NCBI RefSeq assembly: GCF_018977255.1
Contig: NW_024705488.1
Location: 1-40,116 of the forward strand
Direction: 5' to 3'
Origin: Callorhinchus milii
Lineage: Eukaryota
DNA: 40,116 nt
The position numbers and the translations under genes are program-made. The notes beneath the pieces were generated by a model that saw only the letters and a list, made by a program, of their open reading frames with translations, made no database searches and was not told where the DNA came from. Within the stretch, counting starts at the first letter, position 1, and each line of letters starts with the position of its first letter. This document shows, piece after piece, positions 34,551 to 40,116 of the stretch.

Positions 34551-34810
34551 GAATCCTGTGGCTCAGTGGTTAGAGCACACGCTTTTCAAGTGAGAGACCT
34601 GAGTTGAATTTTTCATTTTGAGGTCATTTTCAATTTCATTTTCAGCTGCGACTGTACAGTCGCAGGGACGTTGCTGTGTGTGTAATTGGCTGCCGCGTTC
34701 GCCCGCAAATATACAGTCAATTCACTTTACAGTGTGTTCTGTGAAGCACTTTGGGACGTCCTCCCGACGTGAAAAGCACAATGTCAAATTGCAACGATTA
34801 TTATTATTAT
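34551..34810 (+). mobile_element. SINE-like monomer 40 (HOR d)
   Basis: GAATCC start. Confidence 0.85.
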
Positions 34811-35255
34811 AGCAGTCAGTGTGTGTGTTTGTGAGAGCAGTCAGTGTGTTTGTGTGTCAGAGAGCAGTCAGTATGTGTTGTGTGAGAGACAGCGCAGTCA
34901 GCGTTCGTGTGTTAGTGAGAGCAGTCGGTGTGTGTGTGTGAGAGAGAGCAGTCAATGTGTGTGTGTGAGAGCAGTCAGTGTGTGTGTGAGAGAGAGCAGT
35001 CAGTGTGTGTGAGAGAGCAGTCAGTGCGTGTGAGAGAGAGCAGTCAGTGCGTGTGTGAGAGAGCAGTCAGTGTGGGTGTGTGTGAGAGAGAGAGAGCAGT
35101 CAGTGTGTGTGTGAGAGAGAGCAGTCGGTGTATGTGTGAGAGAGAGAGAGAGCAGTCAGTGTGTGTGTGTGCGAGAGCAGTCAGTGTGTGTGTGAGAGCA
35201 GTCAGTGTGTGAGTGTGTTTGAGAGCAGTCAGTGTGTTGTGTGAGAGACAGCACT

Positions 35256-35507
35256 GAGACCTGTGGCTCAGTGGTTAGAGCACACGCTTTTCAAGTGAGA
35301 GACCTGAGTTGAATTTTTCATTCTGAGGTCATTTTGATTTTGAAGCTGCGACTGTACAGTCGCAGGGATGTTGCTGTGTGCAATTGGCTGCGCGTTCGCC
35401 GCAAATATACAGTCAATTCACTTTTACAGTGTGTTCTGTGAAGCACTTGGGACGTCCTCCCGACGTGAAAGCGCTATATCAAATGCAAGGATGATTATTA
35501 TTATTAT
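35256..35507 (+). mobile_element. SINE-like monomer 41 (HOR e)
   Basis: GAGACC start; several 1-bp indels. Confidence 0.85.
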
Positions 35508-36073
35508 AGCAGTCAGTGTGTGTGTGTTTGTGAGAGCAGTCAGTGTGTGTGTGTGAGATAGCAGTCAGTGAGTGTGTGAGAGAGAGCAGTCGGTGTGTGT
35601 GTGTGAGAGAGAGAGAGAAGCAGTCAGTGTGTGTGTGAGGGAGCAGTCAGTTTGTGTGTGAGAGAGAGCAGTCAGTGTGTGTTTGAGAAGAGAGCAGTGG
35701 TGTTGTGTGTGTGAGAGAGAGCAGTCAGTGTGTCTGTGAGAGAGAGCAGTCAGTGTGTGTGTGTGAGAGAGCAGTCAGTGTGTGTGAGAGAGAGCAGTCA
35801 GTGTGTGTGAGAGAGAGAGCAGTCAGTGTGTGTGTGAGAGAGAGAGCAGTCAGTGTGTGTGTGAGAGAGAGCATTCAGTGTGTGTGTGAGAGAGCAGTCA
35901 GTGTGTGTGTGACAGAGAGCAGTCAGTGTGTGTGTGTGAGAGAGAGAGATAGTCAGTGTTTTTATGTGAGAGAGCAGTCAGTGTGTGTTTGAAAGAGCAG
36001 TCAGTGGTGTGTGTGAGAGCAGTCAGTGTGTGAGTGTATTGGAGAGAGTCAGTTGTGTGTGAGAGACAACACT

Positions 36074-36326
36074 GAGTCTGTGGCTCAGTGGTTAAAGCAC
36101 ACGCTTTTCAAGTGAGAGACCTGAGTTGAATTTTTCATTCTGAGGTCATTTTCATTTTCAAGCTGCGACTGTACAGTTGCAGGGGCGTTGCTGTGTGCCA
36201 ATGGCTGCCGCGTATGCCCGCAAATATACAGTCAATTCACTTGACAGTGTGTTCTGTGAAGCAGTTTGGACGTCCTCCCGACGTGAAAAGCGCTATATCA
36301 AATGCAAGGCTTATTATTATTATTAT
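36074..36326 (+). mobile_element. SINE-like monomer 42 (HOR f)
   Basis: GCGTATG; 1-bp deletions. Confidence 0.85.
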
Positions 36327-37148
36327 AGCAGTCAGTGTGTGTGTTTGTGAGAGCAGTCAGTGAGTGCGTGTGTGAGATAGCAGTCAGTGAGTGTGTGAGA
36401 GAGAGCAGTCGGTGTCTGTGTGAGAGAGAGAGCATCAGTCTATGTGTGTGAGAGAGAGCGTCTGTGTGTGTGTGTGAGAGAGAGAGAGCAGTCAGTGTCT
36501 GTGTGAGGGAGAGCAGTCAGTGTGTGTGTGTGTGAGAGAGAGCAGTCAATATGTGTGTGTGTGAGAGAGCAGTCAGTGTGTGTTTGTTGAGAGAGTAGTC
36601 AGTGTGTGGGTGAGAGAGAGCAGTCAGTTTGTGTGTGGAGAGAGAGAGCAGTCAGTGTGTGTGTGAGAGAGATTAGTCAGCGTGTGTGTGTGTGAAAGAA
36701 CAGTCAGTGTGTGTGTTCTGAGAGAGAGCAGTCAGTGTGTGTGTGAGAGAGAGCAGTCAGTGTGTGTGTGAGAGAGAGCAGTCAGTGGTGTGTGAGATAG
36801 AGCAGTCAGTGTGTGTGTGAGAGATAGCAGTCAGTGTGTGTGTGAGAGAGAGCATCGTGTGTGTGTGTGAGAGAGAGTCAGGGTGTGTGTGTGTGAGATA
36901 GCAGTCAGTGAGTGTGTGAGAGAGAGCAGTGCTGTGTGTGTGAGAGAGAGAGAGAGCAGTGCTCTGTGTGTGTGAGAGCGCAGTCGGCGTGTGTGTTTGA
37001 GAGCAGTCAGTGTGTGTGTGAGAGAGAGAGAGAGAGAGATATCAGTCAGTGTGTGTGTGTGAGAGAGCAGTCAGTGTGTGTGCGTGAGAGAGAGCAGTCA
37101 GTGCGTGAGTGTATTGTAGAGCAGTCAGTGTGCGTGTGTGACAGCACT

Positions 37149-37403
37149 GAGTCCTGTGGCTCATGTGGTTAGAGCACACGCTTTTCAAGTGAGAGACCTG
37201 AGTTGAATTTTCATTTTGAGGTCATTTTCAATTTCATTTTCAAGCTGCGACTGTACAGTCGCAGGGTTGCTGTGTGTAACTGGCTGCCGCGTTCGCCCGC
37301 AAATATACAGTCAATTCACTTTACAGTGTGTTCTGTGAAGCACTTTGGGACGTCCTCCCGACGTGAAAAGCACAATGTCAAATGCAACGATTATTATTAT
37401 TAT
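37149..37403 (+). mobile_element. SINE-like monomer 43 (HOR g)
   Basis: CTCATGTGG, tail B. Confidence 0.85.
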
Positions 37404-37959
37404 AGCAGTCAGTGTGTGTGTTTGTGAGAGCAGTCAGTGTGTTTGTGTGTCAGAGAGCAGTCAGTATGTGTGTGTGTGAGAGACAGAGCAGTTAGCGTTC
37501 GTGTGTGAGTGAGAGCAGTCGGTGTGTGTGTGTGACAGATAGAGAGCAGTCAGTGTGTGTGTGAGAGAGAGCAGTCAGTGTGTGTGTGTGAGAGAGATCG
37601 TCACTGTGTGTGTGACAGTCAGTGTGTGTGTGAGAGAGAGCAGTCGGTGTATGTGTGTGTGAGAGAGAGAGCAGTCAGTGTGTGTGTGAGAGAGCATCTG
37701 TGTGTGTGTGAGAGAGAGAGCAGTCAGTGTGTGAGTGTATTGGAGAGCAGTCAGTGTGTGTGTTTGTAAGAGCAGTCAGTGTGTGTGTGAGAGAGAGAGA
37801 GATATCAGTCAGTGTTTGTGTGTGAGAGAGCAGTCAGTGTGTGAGAGAGATTAGTCAGTGTGATTGTGTGAGAGAGCAGTCAGCGTGTGTGCGTGAGAGA
37901 GAGCAGTCAGTGCGTGAGTGTATTGTAGAGCAGTCAGTGTGTGTGTGTGAGACAGCACT

Positions 37960-38217
37960 GAGTCCTGTGGCTCAGTGGTTAGAGCACACGCTTTTCAAGT
38001 GAGAGACCTGAGTTGAATTTTTCATTTTGAGGTCATTTTCAATTTCATTTTCAAGCTGCGACTGTACAGTCGCAGGGACGTTGCTGTGTGTAATTGGCTG
38101 CCGCGTTCGCCCGCAAATATACAGTCAATTCACTTTACAGTGTGTTCTGTGAAGCACTTTGGGACGTCCTCCCGACGTGAAAAGCACAATGACAAATGCA
38201 ACGATTATTATTATTAT
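37960..38217 (+). mobile_element. SINE-like monomer 44 (HOR a)
   Basis: ATGACAAAT. Confidence 0.85.
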
Positions 38218-38691
38218 AGCAGTCAGTGTGTGTGTTTGTGAGAGCAGTCAGTGTGTTTGTGTGTCAGAGAGCAGTCAGTATGTGTGTGTGTGAAAGACAG
38301 CGCAGTCAGCGTTCGTGTGTTAGTGAGAGCAGTCGGTGTGTGTGTGTGACAGAGAGAGAGCAGACAGTGTGTGTGTGTGTGTGAGAGCAGTCAGTGTGTG
38401 TGTGAGAGAGAGCAGTCAGTGTGTGTGTGAGAGAGAGCAGTCAGTGTGTGTGTGTGAGAGAGCAGTCAGTGTGTGTGTGTGAGAGAGTAGTCAGTGTGGG
38501 AGTGAGAGAGAGCAATCAGTGTGTGTGTGAGAGAGAGCAGTCAGTGTGTGTGAGAGAGAGCAGTCAGTGTATGTGTGAGAGAGAGAGCAGTCAGTGTGTG
38601 TGTGTGAGAGAGCAGTCAGTGTGTGTGTGAGAGAGCAGTCAGTGTGTGAGTGTGTTTGAGAGCAGTCAGTGTGTGTGTGAGAGACAGCACT

Positions 38692-38943
38692 GAGTCCTGT
38701 GGCTCAGTGGTTAGAGCACACGCTTTTCAAGTGAGAGACCTGAGTTGAATTTTTCATTCTGAGGTCATTTTGATTTTGAAGCTGCGACTGTACAGTCGCA
38801 AGGATGTTGCTGTGTGCAATTGGCTGCGCTTTCGCCCGCAAATATACAGTCAATTCACTTTACAGTGTGTTCTGTGAAGCACTTTGGACGTCCTCCCGAC
38901 GTGAAAAGCGCTATATCAAATGCAAGGATGATTATATTATTAT
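38692..38943 (+). mobile_element. SINE-like monomer 45 (HOR b)
   Basis: As monomer 24. Confidence 0.85.
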
Positions 38944-39499
38944 AGCAGTCAGTGTGTGTGTTTGTGAGAGCAGTCAGTGTGTGTGTGTGTGAGATAGCAG
39001 TCAGTGAGTGTGTGAGAGAGAGCAGTCGTGTGTATGTGTGAGAGAGAGCAGTCAGTATGTGTGTGTGAGAAAGAGAGCAGTCGTGGTGTGTGTGAGAGAG
39101 AGAGAGCAGTCAGTGTGTATGTGAGGGAGAGCAGTCAGTGTGTGTGTGTGTGAGAGAGAGCAGTCAGTGTGTGTGTGTGTGAGAGAGCAGTCAGTGTGTG
39201 TGTGTTTGTGAGAGAGAGTCAGTGTGTGGTGTGAGAGAGAGCAGTCAGTGTGTGTGAGATAGCAGTCAGTGTGTGTGTGAGAGAGAGCAGTCGGTGTGTG
39301 TGTGTGAGAGAGAGCAGTCAGTGTGTGTGTGTTTGTGTGAGAGCAGTCAGTGTGTGTGTCTGTGAGAGCAGTCAGTGTGTGTGAGAGTAGTCAGTCTGTG
39401 TGTGTGTCAGAGAGAGCAGTCAGTGTGTGTTTGTGTGAGAGAGCAGTCAGTGCGTGAGTGTATTGGAGAGCAGTCAGTGTGTGTGTGTGAGACAGCACT

Positions 39500-39749
39500 G
39501 AGTCCTGTGGCTCAGTCGGTAGAGCACACGCTTTTCAATTGAGAGACCTGATTTGAGTTTTTTCATTTTGAGGTCATTTCATTTTCAAGCTGCGACTGTA
39601 CAGTCGCAGGAGGTTGCTGTGTGCAATTTGCTGCGCGTACGCCCGCAAATATACAGTCAATTCACTTTACAGTGTGTTCTGTGAAGCACTTTGGAACGTC
39701 CTCCCGACGTGAAAAGCGCTATATCAAATGCAATGCTTATTTTTATTAT
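39500..39749 (+). mobile_element. SINE-like monomer 46 (HOR c)
   Basis: As monomer 25. Confidence 0.85.
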
Positions 39750-40116
39750 AGCAGTCAGTGTGTGTGTTTGTGAGAACAGTCAGTGAGTGTTGTGTGAGAT
39801 AGCAGTCAGTGAGTGTGTGAGAGAGAGCAGTCGTGTGTGTGTGTGAGAGAGCAGTCGGTGTGTGTGTGTGAGAGAGAGAGCAGCAGTCAGTGTGTGTGTG
39901 TGAGAGCGCATTCAGTGTGTTGTGAGAGAGAGAGCAGTCAGTGTGTGAGTGTATTGGAGAGCAGTCAGTGTGTGTGTTTGTAAGAGCAGTCAGTGTGTGT
40001 GTGAGAGAGAGAGAGATATCAGTCAGTGTTTGTGTGTGAGAGAGCAGTCAGTGTGTGAGAGAGATTAGTCAGTGTGATTGTTGAGGGAGCAGTCAGCGTG
40101 TGTTGCGTGAGAGAGA

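Larger units (their letters stand above)
1..40116 (+). repeat. Composite satellite array: 46 tandem monomers of [~250-bp SINE-like element + GCAGTCA(GT)n(GA)m minisatellite spacer], mean period ~880 bp
   Basis: The head GAGTCCTGTGGCTCAGTGG (or minor variants) recurs 46 times between 8 and 39500 in the same orientation. Apart from 14227-14472, everything between copies is the same minisatellite. Confidence 0.97.
263..40116 (+). repeat. Compound minisatellite spacers, monomer GCAGTCA(GT)n(GA)m, typically ~21-27 bp (e.g. GCAGTCAGTGTGTGTGTGAGAGAGA, 25 bp), filling all inter-SINE intervals
   Basis: Directly visible, e.g. CAGTC at 2521 and 2546. Recurrent variant monomers (GTGAGTGTATTGGAGA, GATTAGTCAG, GCATTCAG, GATATCAGTC) act as landmarks. 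Confidence 0.97.
20803..40116 (+). repeat. 7-monomer higher-order repeat (HOR), ~5.65-5.8 kb, ~3.4 copies (starts 20803, 26522, 32314, 37960)
   Basis: Diagnostic monomer variants recur in fixed order: ATGACAAAT; TTTGATTTTGAAG+GCAAGGATG; TCAATTGAG; GAATCC; GAGACC; GAGTTC; CTCATTGG. Confidence 0.9.

Noticed and set aside
128..38992. About 40 short ORFs (60-95 aa) in the supplied track, rich in VC/ER/SQ or HT/LS
   Set aside because: They are translations of (GT)n(GA)m repeats or of the SINE body. Most start at GTG/TTG, frames are not conserved between copies, and no protein family is recognisable.
1..40116. CRISPR-like or cassette-array appearance (conserved repeat with variable spacers)
   Set aside because: Repeats are ~250 bp, spacers are low-complexity and related to each other, there are no cas or integrase genes, and the content is eukaryotic retroposon sequence.

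Overview
The window is eukaryotic non-coding repeat DNA with no credible intact protein-coding gene. It is one composite tandem array of 46 head-to-tail (+ strand) copies of a ~250-bp tRNA-derived SINE-like element, about one per 880 bp. Each copy has a tRNA-like head with an A box and a damaged B box, a 20-bp palindrome, a body resembling the 3' part of Deu-domain SINEs, an L2-type 3' stem-loop and a (TTA)n tail. Copies are separated by 0.2-1.1 kb of a GCAGTCA(GT)n(GA)m minisatellite. All copies share the same junctions, so they were amplified as satellite monomers rather than inserted independently. From ~20.8 kb the array forms a 7-monomer higher-order repeat of ~5.7 kb; the left half shows local duplications and chimeric monomers. 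One unique sequence interrupts the array: a 5'-truncated antisense L2-clade LINE 3' end (14227-14472), whose 3' stem-loop nearly matches the SINE tail, making it the probable partner LINE family. The SINE body resembles, from recollection only, SINEs of cartilaginous fishes; this is unverified. All ORFs in the supplied track appear to be repeat artefacts.
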